From an uncultured virus (IMG/VR IMGVR_UViG_3300034073_001408) (lineage: Duplodnaviria > Heunggongvirae > Uroviricota > Caudoviricetes), in the IMG/VR virus record IMGVR_UViG_3300034073_001408: DNA of 64,000 bases, one strand, 5' to 3'. A model generated the notes under the pieces. That model was not told where the DNA came from, ran no database searches, and saw only the letters and a program-made list of their open reading frames with translations. Shown one piece after another: positions 48,238 to 58,500 of the stretch. Position numbers and translations under genes: made by a program. Numbering within the stretch: position 1 is the stretch's first letter; each line of letters begins with the position of its first letter.

Positions 48238-48880
48238 AGAAATAGCTCTGTCTGAACTCAGCACAAAGTCGCTTGACGGAAAGCGCTTTTATCAAACACC
48301 AGATGGAAAGCTCTATCCGTCAGTGACTACAGTAATGTCTTTATACAACAAGAAAGAGATCATGGAGTGGCGGCAGCGAGTTGGTGCTGAAGAAGCAAAT
48401 AAGATTGCAAGCAAAGCCGCGCGAAGAGGAACGAATCTACACACTGTCTGCGAGAACTATCTGCGCAACAACGTAGACATGAGCAAAGTAATGCCAACAA
48501 CTTTGCAATTGTTCAAATCAATTCAGCCTTGGATTGATAAATATATCAACAACGTGTATGCAATTGAAGCTCCACTGTATTCGGATCATCTTCGCGTCGG
48601 TGGGCGCGTCGATTGCGTCGCAGAGTTTGATGGTCAGATGGCTATCATAGATTACAAGACCTCAAGCCGACAAAAAGAAGAAAGCAAGATTCAGAATTAC
48701 TTTATGCAGTGCGCAGCGTATGCTGTGATGTTTGAAGAACGAACTGGAATTGCAGTGCCACGCATCGCAATCGTCATGGCAGTAGAGAACTCAGAGCCTT
48801 TGCTGTTCGTGAAGAAGCGAGACGATTACATTGAAAAATTCATCTCCTTGAGGAACAAATACGCAAAACTCAATCCGTAA
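48221..48880 (+). CDS. PD-(D/E)xK exonuclease
   Basis: YPSVTTV, RGT.LH, GRVDC..IIDYKTS, Q..AYA. Confidence 0.9.
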   Translation: MQFTHKEIALSELSTKSLDGKRFYQTPDGKLYPSVTTVMSLYNKKEIMEWRQRVGAEEANKIASKAARRGTNLHTVCENYLRNNVDMSKVMPTTLQLFKSIQPWIDKYINNVYAIEAPLYSDHLRVGGRVDCVAEFDGQMAIIDYKTSSRQKEESKIQNYFMQCAAYAVMFEERTGIAVPRIAIVMAVENSEPLLFVKKRDDYIEKFISLRNKYAKLNP

Positions 48881-48893
48881 AGGAGAAACATCA

Positions 48894-49214
48894 ATGAACA
48901 TAAACAGAATAGCCGTCGCAATCATTGTCACTATCACGTTGACAATGATGTTCTATATGAAAAATGCTAAGGCCGAGCCTATGCAGTTGCAAAAGATTGT
49001 TTTTTGTGATAAACTAGAGAAAGTGGTATCAACTTTATCAAAAGAGTATGATGAAAAACCACTGTGGGCAGGCAAAGATGATGCGACTCAGTATGCTATT
49101 ACATATAATGAAAAAACAAAATCTTGGACTATCATTCAATTTGACAAAGACATAGCATGCATTCTAGGTACAGGTGAAGCTGGTCATCTGATATATTTTC
49201 CAAACTCAGTTTGA
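48894..49214 (+). CDS. Exported hypothetical protein
   Basis: Signal/TM N-terminus; C..CILGTG. Confidence 0.6.
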   Translation: MNINRIAVAIIVTITLTMMFYMKNAKAEPMQLQKIVFCDKLEKVVSTLSKEYDEKPLWAGKDDATQYAITYNEKTKSWTIIQFDKDIACILGTGEAGHLIYFPNSV

Positions 49215-49220
49215 TAAATA

Positions 49221-49530
49221 GTCACTTATGATCGTATGAAGCGAAGAGAAAAGTGTTGCGGACGGCGGTTCGATTCCGCCCAGCTCCACCAAAAGCATTC
49301 TATCTCAACCTGACGAGGAAGGATCGAAAGAACTAAAAAGAATGCTTCTGATGGGGCTGACCTGGTTTCGACGTGGCAAAGAGTAACAGAGTGGACGATC
49401 CGGTAGATGACGACCGTAAATCGCATAAAACTATAAATGCAAATGATGCATATTTTGGAGACCTTCGCCTAGCGGCGTAAACTCCATGGGGTTTCGCTGG
49501 CTGTCCTTATTATCCAATCAGCCAGCACTA
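49221..49530 (+). ncRNA. ssrA: Circularly permuted (two-piece) tmRNA
   Basis: T-arm and CAGCTCC-ACCA (ends 49291) precede GGGGCTGA..GGTTTCGAC (49353); G3-U70; tag ANDAYFGDLRLAA* at 49439-49480; outer ends approximate. Confidence 0.9.
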
Positions 49531-49553
49531 ACAACGAATGAGAGAATATCAAA

Positions 49554-50096
49554 ATGGCACATCCTGAACAAAGACAATTTCTCAGAGAAATTAGGCAAAA
49601 GTTTCCTCAAGCATTCAAAACAAACTCTGTTCTTGAAGTGGGAAGTCTAAACATTAACGGAACTGTTCGCGACTTCATCATTGCAAACAAATACATTGGT
49701 ATTGATGTTGGCGCTGGCAGAGACGTTGACGTCGTGTGTGAGGGTCACAGATACGATGATCCAGACGACAGTTTTGACACAGTAATCTCATGTGAATGCT
49801 TTGAACACAATCCGCACTGGAAAGAAACGTTCTCCAACATGCACAGATTGTGCAAGTCATCTGGATATGTTATAATGACATGTGCGACAGACGGAAGAAA
49901 AGAACACGGCACAACAGCATCACATCCGAACGATTCTCCACTGACAATCGCGAACGGATGGAATTACTACAAGAATTTGAATGAAGCAGATTTTCGTGAA
50001 GCATTTCAGTTAGATGAGATGTTCTCTGAGTATGAATTTTCAGTCAACACAAAGAGTCATGACCTTTACTTTTGGGGCATTAAAAAGCCTGTTTAG
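49554..50096 (+). CDS. Class I SAM-dependent methyltransferase
   Basis: VLEVGS..GID..FDTVISCECFEH. Confidence 0.85.
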   Translation: MAHPEQRQFLREIRQKFPQAFKTNSVLEVGSLNINGTVRDFIIANKYIGIDVGAGRDVDVVCEGHRYDDPDDSFDTVISCECFEHNPHWKETFSNMHRLCKSSGYVIMTCATDGRKEHGTTASHPNDSPLTIANGWNYYKNLNEADFREAFQLDEMFSEYEFSVNTKSHDLYFWGIKKPV

Positions 50097-50589
50097 GGCA
50101 ACGTTCATTTGCGCAGCAATTGCATTACCAACACTACTGGATTATGAAGAAACTGAGTTTTACTCATATGATTTTATCCAGAGAGAAGTAAAAGTTGCGC
50201 AAAATGATTTGTATTGGCTTGCACTCAACATCTATCACGAAGCGCGAAATCAACACTTTTTTGGCAAGCTAGCAGTCGGCATAGTCACACTGAATCGAGT
50301 GCATAGTCCAAGATATGAAGACACAATTGAAAAAGTTGTCAAAGAGCATAAGCAATTTTCTTGGTATCACACGAAGAAAAAACATGCTCCAAAAGACATG
50401 GCTGCATGGAAAGACTGTCTTCGTATCGCAAAGCTGATATTGACAAGAAGTTCAGAGATTGATATAATGAAACATCATCTCAAATCGGTGACACACTATC
50501 ATGCAACTTATGTGAGGCCAAAATGGAGCAAATCTTATCAGCGCGTAATTCAGATCGGAGATCACATCTTCTACAGGCAGAAAAAGTGA
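50059..50589 (+). CDS. Cell wall hydrolase (SleB/Hydrolase_2)
   Basis: LALNIYHEAR..V.LNRV..QFSW..THYHATYV.P.W..IGDHIFY; start uncertain. Confidence 0.88.
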   Translation: MTFTFGALKSLFRATFICAAIALPTLLDYEETEFYSYDFIQREVKVAQNDLYWLALNIYHEARNQHFFGKLAVGIVTLNRVHSPRYEDTIEKVVKEHKQFSWYHTKKKHAPKDMAAWKDCLRIAKLILTRSSEIDIMKHHLKSVTHYHATYVRPKWSKSYQRVIQIGDHIFYRQKK

Positions 50590-50837
50590 TGACGACACAA
50601 AAAGAATTCACCGGCTTATCAATCATCACATCAAATGAGTTTGAGACACGAATCAAAACTATAATGAAAGACAGATCATCAACAATGATCGAGTCTATCG
50701 TGATGTATTGTGAGATGAACAATATTGAAATAGAGACTGCTGCTGCGCTGATTTCGCCTAGAATGAAGAGTGAGATTGAATCTGAAGCAATCAGTTCACG
50801 AATGATTATCAGTAAGAAGGCAAGACTACCAATCTAA
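50589..50837 (+). CDS. 33: Late transcription coactivator gp33
   Basis: YCEMNNIEIETAAALIS..K.EIE.EA; gene order 33-59-32. Confidence 0.8.
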   Translation: MTTQKEFTGLSIITSNEFETRIKTIMKDRSSTMIESIVMYCEMNNIEIETAAALISPRMKSEIESEAISSRMIISKKARLPI

Positions 50838-50848
50838 CGCATCAGCAC

Positions 50849-51448
50849 ATGGAAGCACTTGACGCATACAAAACATATGTCGCACTGAAAAATCACTTTA
50901 CACTTGACACATACGATTACTTCAAGTATAATAAGAAAGCGAGAGTAAGTCATGACTCTTTCATGAAGAGACGAGACAAAATCTTCTTCGCTAAGCTAGG
51001 TTCAAAGAAGTCAGATAATCTAGAATCGTTTCTAGTCGCAAACCTTGTTCAGAATCCAAAAGTTTGGATCGGAGAACTTCTCTCAGAAGATGCTGAGTCG
51101 CGATACTTAGATTGGAAACGCAAGCAAGAGTCACTGACGTATTTGTTCAAGAGCGAGATTGATTTTCTTTCTGAGTATGACACTGAAGAAAAGTTGAATG
51201 AGTTCTTCTCTGTACCCAAAGATGGTTCACATCCACGCATCTTTGTCATGCTAATGAGAAATGAAATCTCAGTAGAAACTTTTATAATTCTTGATAGAAT
51301 ATTGAATTTCTGCAAGAAGTATGATAGAATCTACAGTGATCCACTATACAAAGAGATAAGGAATAAATGCAAAAAGTACCAGCCATTCTTAGAAGTAGAT
51401 ATGCAGAAGATGAAGACTCATCTGAAGCAAGTGATAGGAATAAGCTAA
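50849..51448 (+). CDS. 59: Helicase loader gp59
   Basis: Y.ALKNHF..YDYFKY..RRDK.FF..ISVET..KY.PFL. Confidence 0.88.
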   Translation: MEALDAYKTYVALKNHFTLDTYDYFKYNKKARVSHDSFMKRRDKIFFAKLGSKKSDNLESFLVANLVQNPKVWIGELLSEDAESRYLDWKRKQESLTYLFKSEIDFLSEYDTEEKLNEFFSVPKDGSHPRIFVMLMRNEISVETFIILDRILNFCKKYDRIYSDPLYKEIRNKCKKYQPFLEVDMQKMKTHLKQVIGIS

Positions 51449-51597
51449 ATAATAGCACACAGAGTAGCAAATCTAAGATTTGCGCACTTCTCTTACCAAA
51501 AAAGAGTGAAGATAAGAGAAGCATACATAATGAATCATATGATGCAGTAAGTGGATAAGTCGTTTCATACATCGTAACATATAAAGGAAATACACAA

Positions 51598-52518
51598 ATG
51601 GCAATAAATTTCTCAGAACTAAAACGCGCACGTAATCGTGATCTAGAAAAACTAACCGCTCAAGTGACTAAACTTCAAGAGGGCGGTAACGAAAAGAAGA
51701 GCTACGAAGACACGCGATTCTGGAAGCCACAAGTAGACAAAGCTGGCAATGGCTTCGCTACAATTCGATTCCTACCCGCAGCGGGTGGCGAAGACATGCC
51801 TTGGGTTCAAGTCTTTTCCCATGGCTTTCAAGGTCCCACTGGGAAGTGGTACATTGAGAACTCTCTCACAACACTAAACAAGAAAGATCCAGTCTCTGAG
51901 TACAACTCAAAGCTCTGGAATTCTGGTCTAGATTCAGACAAAGAGATTGCGCGAAAGCAAAAGCGCAAGCTCCAGTATATCTCTAACGTCTATGTTGTGA
52001 AGGATCCAGCTAACCCATCAAATGAGGGTAAAGTCTTTCTCTTCAAGTTTGGTAAGAAAATCTTTGATAAACTTAATGATCTAATGAATCCAGAGTTTGA
52101 AGATGAGACTCCAATCAATCCATTTGACATGTGGGAAGGCGCAAACTTCAAGCTAAAGATTCGTAAAGTAGAAGGTTATCCTAACTACGATAAGTCAGAG
52201 TTTGATAAGCAAGCAGCGCTATCAGATGACGACGAAGAACTAGAGCGTATTTGGAAGAGCCAACACGCACTCAGCGAGTTCATCAGCGAATCTAACTTCA
52301 AGTCATATGACGAATTGAAGCAGAAGCTGTATGATGTTCTTGAGCTAGAAAATGATGACGTTGCTACAGTCAAGCCAACTGAGTCAATTTCACGCAAGCC
52401 TGACATTCAGAAGCCTGCGCCAGCTCAGAAAAAGAAGACAGTAGAAGACGAGAAGCCTTGGAAAGATGACGATGACGACGAAAGTCTGAGTTACTTCGAA
52501 AAGCTAGCTGAAGAGTAA
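51598..52518 (+). CDS. 32: Single-stranded DNA-binding protein gp32
   Basis: GNG.A.IRFLP, WYIENSLTTL, GKKIFDK, GANFKLKIR, NYDKSEF; acidic tail. Confidence 0.96.
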   Translation: MAINFSELKRARNRDLEKLTAQVTKLQEGGNEKKSYEDTRFWKPQVDKAGNGFATIRFLPAAGGEDMPWVQVFSHGFQGPTGKWYIENSLTTLNKKDPVSEYNSKLWNSGLDSDKEIARKQKRKLQYISNVYVVKDPANPSNEGKVFLFKFGKKIFDKLNDLMNPEFEDETPINPFDMWEGANFKLKIRKVEGYPNYDKSEFDKQAALSDDDEELERIWKSQHALSEFISESNFKSYDELKQKLYDVLELENDDVATVKPTESISRKPDIQKPAPAQKKKTVEDEKPWKDDDDDESLSYFEKLAEE

Positions 52519-52520
52519 GC

Positions 52521-52552
52521 AAAAGGGGATCGCAAGATCTCCTTTCTCTTTG
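52521..52552. terminator. Probable bidirectional terminator between convergent genes
   Basis: AAAAGGGGATC-GCAA-GATCTCCTTT hairpin. Confidence 0.75.
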
Positions 52553-52556
52553 TGCA

Positions 52557-55500
52557 TCAGAACATTCTAGGTCTAGTCACTGAGCGAGTAAACGCACCTG
52601 TGATTGGATTGTCACTGCGAACACCACCAGAAGACTGATTGACGATGTTAGTCTGTGGGCTTGACACATTGTTCACTGTCTGATTGATCATAGAATTGTT
52701 GACTGAAGTCACAATTTCTTTCTCAGCTTGCAGAACTCGGTTCATCTCTTGTTGTTGCATGTATGCGCTTGAGACTGGAGATGAAGATGCTTGTACGTTC
52801 TGTATCACAACTTCAGGTTTCTTTGTCGCGACGACAGCCTCAATTGCATTGCGTGCCATAGAATCATATGGAGAAGCATTCTTTAGTGCTTCAAAAATCT
52901 TGTGTGTTGGTATGACAGTTCCGCCTTGATTTGGAACAACGATTTCTGGTCCAGCTTCACCGACGAGCATAGGATGATTGCCAGCAAACTTACCGCCAGA
53001 AGCCCAACCTCCACCGTCACCGCCACCACCACCTCCTCCTGTATCTGATATTCCTTCCATTCCTGCGATGCCGCCGCCGTCAGATATTCCAACTCCAGCG
53101 GCAGCCGCAGCAGCCGAGTCAGCCGCGGCTTGTCCACCAGCATCAGCAGAAGCAGCAGCTAGCGCTGCGTCCATAGACGCAACTGAAATTCCAGCGGTAG
53201 TTTCTGCCGCAGTTACTGAAACAGTTCCATCTGCGGCTACAGCAACAGATCCTCCAATAGCAGCAGCCGCTTCTGCCATAGACGATATGGCTTCAGCTTG
53301 AGCACTAATAGCATCCATTTGAGCATCGACAACAGCTTGTCCAGCAAGACCGATGACGGCACCAGTAACTCCGCCGAGAATACCTAAGCTCTCAGATATT
53401 CCCATCATGCCGAGACCCATTGATATTGCGGCTTCGCTGACAGCGGTAGAAACACCATCAGTTCCGGCAGAAACTGCATCACCGAGGCCACCTTCACCAC
53501 CAATAACTTCATATACAGTATTAGCTAAACTAGACGCAGCATTATTGACAAGCAGTGTAGTTTGCTCTGTTGTCAAATTCATTGCCGTGGCATAAGATGC
53601 AATAGCAGTTCCTGTCGCAGCAGTCAAAGCGTCAATAGAATTTGATGTAAAATCTTCGACTGTGTATAGAGCAGAAGTTACAGTGTTTGCGGATGTAGTT
53701 AGACCGTCGATAACGCCTGAAGAAGATGATGTGACTGCATTGGTAACAACTTGACTTGTATATTCAGCAGCATTAGACAATGAATTTATGTTATCTGCGA
53801 GAATTGCTTCTGGAGTATCTATATTAGAATATGCAGGATCAAAACTTAGTTCTCCAGCAGGACCAGCTCCAATTCCACGCTCTCTCTGAGTAAATACAAT
53901 TTCAACTGGTTCAGTGTTTGCGCCAGATGCAGTAATTTGATCCTGCACTACTCCAGCTTGCAAGAATTTGGTAGCAGCAATCATCACATCTGACAATGTT
54001 TCAGCAGCTTCTGCGGTTTGTCCAGAAGCATTATACTGTTCTCTAGCAGTAGCTACCATTTGCTGCGCAATATCTTGACGCTCTTCTAAACTCATCTTGA
54101 ACATGTCTTCACTGAAAGCAACGCCAGAATCTTTGAGTTCCATCTGAGCAACTCTGAGATCCTGTTTCAAATTATCAAGACGAATTTGATTTCTTTCTTC
54201 TTCACTAAAAGCTAGTTGCTCAAATGTTCCCATCGTCTGCTGAAACATTTCAGCACCACCGAAGCCTTCAACTAACTTGTCCATCAAATCAGATGTATAA
54301 ACTTTCAAATAGTCGGCAGACATTCCCTCAATACTCTCTGGCAATGCGAAGAATGTCTTAGGATCAATGAATCCCAATGCACGAATTGATGGTTCGGCAA
54401 TCGTAAATGCATTACCAAGTCTTGCTAGTGCATCTGACGCACCCTCTCCGTCTTTCACGAATTGATCCATGAAAGGTAAAACCTTCTTGATCATGTTATC
54501 ACTAAAGCCCTCAAATGCTTTAGTGATGATGTCCATTCTTTCCTGTTCAGTTTCTTTTCCAGTGAAACTTATCTTGATCGCTTCGGCGAATTCTGTAATG
54601 TCTTTTTTTCTATTGAATAATCCGAATATTCCTTTACCGCCGCCACCATAAGTGGTACTCAATCCCAAATTCTGAAGTAGCTTCTTATTTGATTCACCAA
54701 TATCTTTTGTTATATCACTAAATGCTTTTGCTGTTTCAGCATCAAGTGCTGAAACATTTACTCCACTCTTGTCGCTTCTGAGCCAACCGCCTTTTTGTGA
54801 CCATTCTTCAAACTGCTGTATATTATTTTGACCTGTTCCAGAAAGTGTTCCCTCAAATCCTCTAGCGCCAATCTTCTTCTCTCCCATGCCAAAAACACGA
54901 TTTGCGATACCTTTGATTCCTCCGGCAATTGCGCCGCCGATAGGACCAAATACAGCAGAAGCGACAGCAACACCAGCATCACCCAGTTTATCCACAAAGT
55001 TATTCATCTTATATTCACCACCAATAAGACCTTCGGCCATTTTGCCATACTGATAGCCCTGAAGAACATTTCCTGCTATTCCAGCAGCCGTTCCGAACAT
55101 GTGTGAAGTATTGCCAGATTGGAAAGCAGCGCTGATACCGTCCCAGCCCTGACCAGCAGCAGTTATACCTGTGCCAAAGTCCATGACTCCTTGTCTTGCG
55201 AAATTTGGCATCCAGTTACTCATTGCCATATTTGAGAACATGCCGCCGAGTTTATTCGGCAACGCTGACGCAGAAGAGCTAAAGAGTTGCCCCCATGACA
55301 TGACGTCGCCTAAACCGAACTGTTTTCCTATGCTGCCTGGTAGACTGAATCCTTTGCCTGTGACTAGAGACTGAATTAGATTGCCAGCTACGCCACTGAG
55401 TGCACCACCCATTAGATTGCCGCGTGATCTACCTCCAGTTAGTGCAGAAACAAGTGCAGCGCCAGCTAGATTACTTCCGATGCCAACAAGTCTTCCTCCA

Positions 55501-58500
55501 GCACCTGGTATTCCTCCGCCAGCTTGACTTTGTGCAAATGCAGGACCGCTGAATGGATCGTTTACTCCACCACCATACTGAGGTGCAGCAACAAGATTTC
55601 CGTTCTGATCGTAAACAACAGTGCCGCCTCCCGGCGTCGTTGTTGGTCTCTGAGAATCAAATCCTCGTTGAATTCCAGTTGTGACTGCGTTTTCTATTGC
55701 TGGAGTGATTGTCTTATCATATGCACTAGTAATAGCGTCAGCAGACATCTTAGCTTCTAGCTCACGCATTCTGACGACATCGCCAGCTTTCATCGCATAA
55801 GACTGTTTGTTCGTGCCAAACAGAGGATCAAACGGCGCTCCGAAAACTGAAGCAAGATCCTTAGTGAGAAGATCAGCGCCACCGTACTGGTCGATCATGT
55901 TTCTTGGCGTCAGTGCGATGCCAGTCATTCCGTAGAGAAGATCGCCTAGAGCAGATTGGTTGTATTGCTTCTTTAGATCAGCTAGCTGTCTTTTCTGCGC
56001 TTCTTGTTGCTCAACTGTAGCTTTTAGTTGATTGTATTGTTGAATGCGAGATAGTTGATCACCAGTAAAACCGCCCTTGCCCGCTGCGCGAATTATGTCA
56101 GCTTCAGTTACTTTGCCTTCTTTTTCAAACTTCTGAAGCTCTTCTCTTGATTGTGTCAACGATGCATTGATTTGCTTCAACTGAGGATCAACAACTTCAA
56201 TTCCCTTCATGTATGTGTTGATTGAGCGATTGAGTATGTCAGCTTTCATGCCCAATGTTGGAGCTAACGTCTCATTGATAAACTCATTTAGATACACGCC
56301 GGCTAGTTGTTGGAATGTCTGACCAATGCCAGCTCCGTATTGCTTGCCGAAAATGAATGTCCCTAGCTGTGTAAAATTCTTTTGCAGTGTGTTAGTGAGT
56401 GTTGTTCCTGCATTGATCATTGCTTCAGGACCGAACGTACCTGCGGGTCCAGACAAAGCATCGACAATTGGCCTGAAAATTCCTTGCATCTGAGAGTGAA
56501 ATTGCTCCTGAAGACGTCTTCTTTCATTTTCATATTCAGTTAATCTATTCAAACTCTCTTGATGATTTTTATTTTGATTTTCAATGTGTTTTCTGCTAAA
56601 TTCTTCATCATTCCTTAGCTGCATTTCCAATTTTTTATTTTCAATATCAACTATAGTTCTCTGATACTTCTCGCTTTCCCTTTCTAAATTGATAAGTCTT
56701 TCTAGCTCTTCTGAGCTTAATTTTTCTTCATTCGCAGCAAGATATGCGATCTCATTAGTTATATTTGTTAAATCATTCGTTAAACTTTCAATTGCAGATT
56801 CGTATGACGAGAATATTGAAATATCAACTAAACTTGTGTCAGCAGCTTCTTTAGGTAGTTTTTTACCAGTTACAGTAACGATTTGTTTAGCAGATGATGG
56901 CGCTGAAGATGAACTCGTCGGCATCGATGAAGATAATGCACTTTGTGACGATGCATTTTTTCCACCGAATGTTCCTTTTCCTAAATCTACTCCAGTCGAT
57001 CCATCAAGACTAACGTGAAAGTGCCCACCAGTTGAATTTGCAGATGGATTTGCATACTCATCTATAACTTTGCCGCCAGTTATGTTAGCTACAGCAGTCG
57101 CTATCGATTTTCTCACATCGTCATTCATCGCCATGTTTTGCGGAATGACGAAATCAAATGCTAAGCCCTTAGTATGTAAACTTGCTGGAGCTTTTTCTTC
57201 GTGGTATTTGTCATTAAATCCAGTGAAACTTGCATAAGGAAATGCAGCTTGAACGCTCTTTGCGCCCTCAATCGTTTGTGGTGCAATAAATGCGCCCGCC
57301 TTTTGAGCTTGTTCTGGACCTCTCTTTGGAACATTTATTCCTAAATCTCTCAAATCAGTTTCAGTATATCCTTTATTGCCTGATCTTGAAAGTCTTGCAG
57401 TTTCAGCAGCCGATTGATTATCGGCTTTGCCCATGACACTTGGCGTAGTGTCAGCTTTCATCGAAGACAAATCGGTTTTGCTTATGGAAAGTCTTTCTTT
57501 CCATCCAGCTTTCATCTCATCACTGATAAACTCTATAGTTCCAAATCTAGTCTCAAATCTGCTCGGTATTGAATCGATGGCGGCGGCAATCATTCCATTG
57601 ACGCCCTCTGTCATCCAATTAGCTATGCCCTCAATAAATGTTATTGCCGCATTATAAATTTTCTTCGCTGGATCTGAAATATATCTACTCAAAACATCAG
57701 TCAAATCACCTATCATACTGCTAAACGTGTTGCTCAGATCAACACCAGCTCTGTCTATTGTGCCTTTATCAAAGGTGATTAATCCCTTCAATAGTGTGAA
57801 TGTGCTTCCAATTATAGAGAATATGTCATTGAAGAAATTTGTCATGTATGCAGTCATTCTAGACTGCATACTCTCTTGACCATCAACTTTGAAATCGGTT
57901 CCGAATACTGAATTTATTATCCATTTAACTGCATCTATTAATCCACCAATGACAGAACCAATCAATCCGCCGAAGAACGCAGAGAGTCTATCCATCCAAG
58001 AAACATCTTCTTTTACTTTATTCAAATCTTTAGCAATTTGATCAGTATCAAATGAAGCAAAAATGCCTTCTACAGCAGATATGATCCATCCAATAAATGG
58101 TAGCTTTTTCAATACATTACTAAAGAGTGGTTTAGCTTTTTCTAAAATTACCATCAACTCTGGTATATCAAACAAAAACTTAAACACATCAGTTATTTTA
58201 GTAAATACTCCAGAAACAACTCCCCATGATTTACTGATATAAGCTAAAGCTCCGCCAGCGGCTGTAAATACTTTACCTAAGAATCCAGTTTCTCCAAACA
58301 GATATTTGAGTTCGTCAAATCCTTGAATTTGTTTACCTAAGTCAAACATCATTCCCAACTCAGCAAAGTTGGGCAATTTGATCAATCCCATCAAGTCTGT
58401 AGCTATAAGTTTAAATCCAACAAAAAACTCATCAGCTATTAGAGTAAATTTGCTCGTTCTAAAAGCAGCAAATAACTCAGTGAATGAAGTTGATACTTTT

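Noticed and set aside
49292..49352. Hammerhead ribozyme core (CTGACGAG..CGAAA) in the tmRNA intervening segment
   Set aside because: Stem I cannot be formed and stem II is only one pair; CTGACGA near 11206 also lacks the required stems
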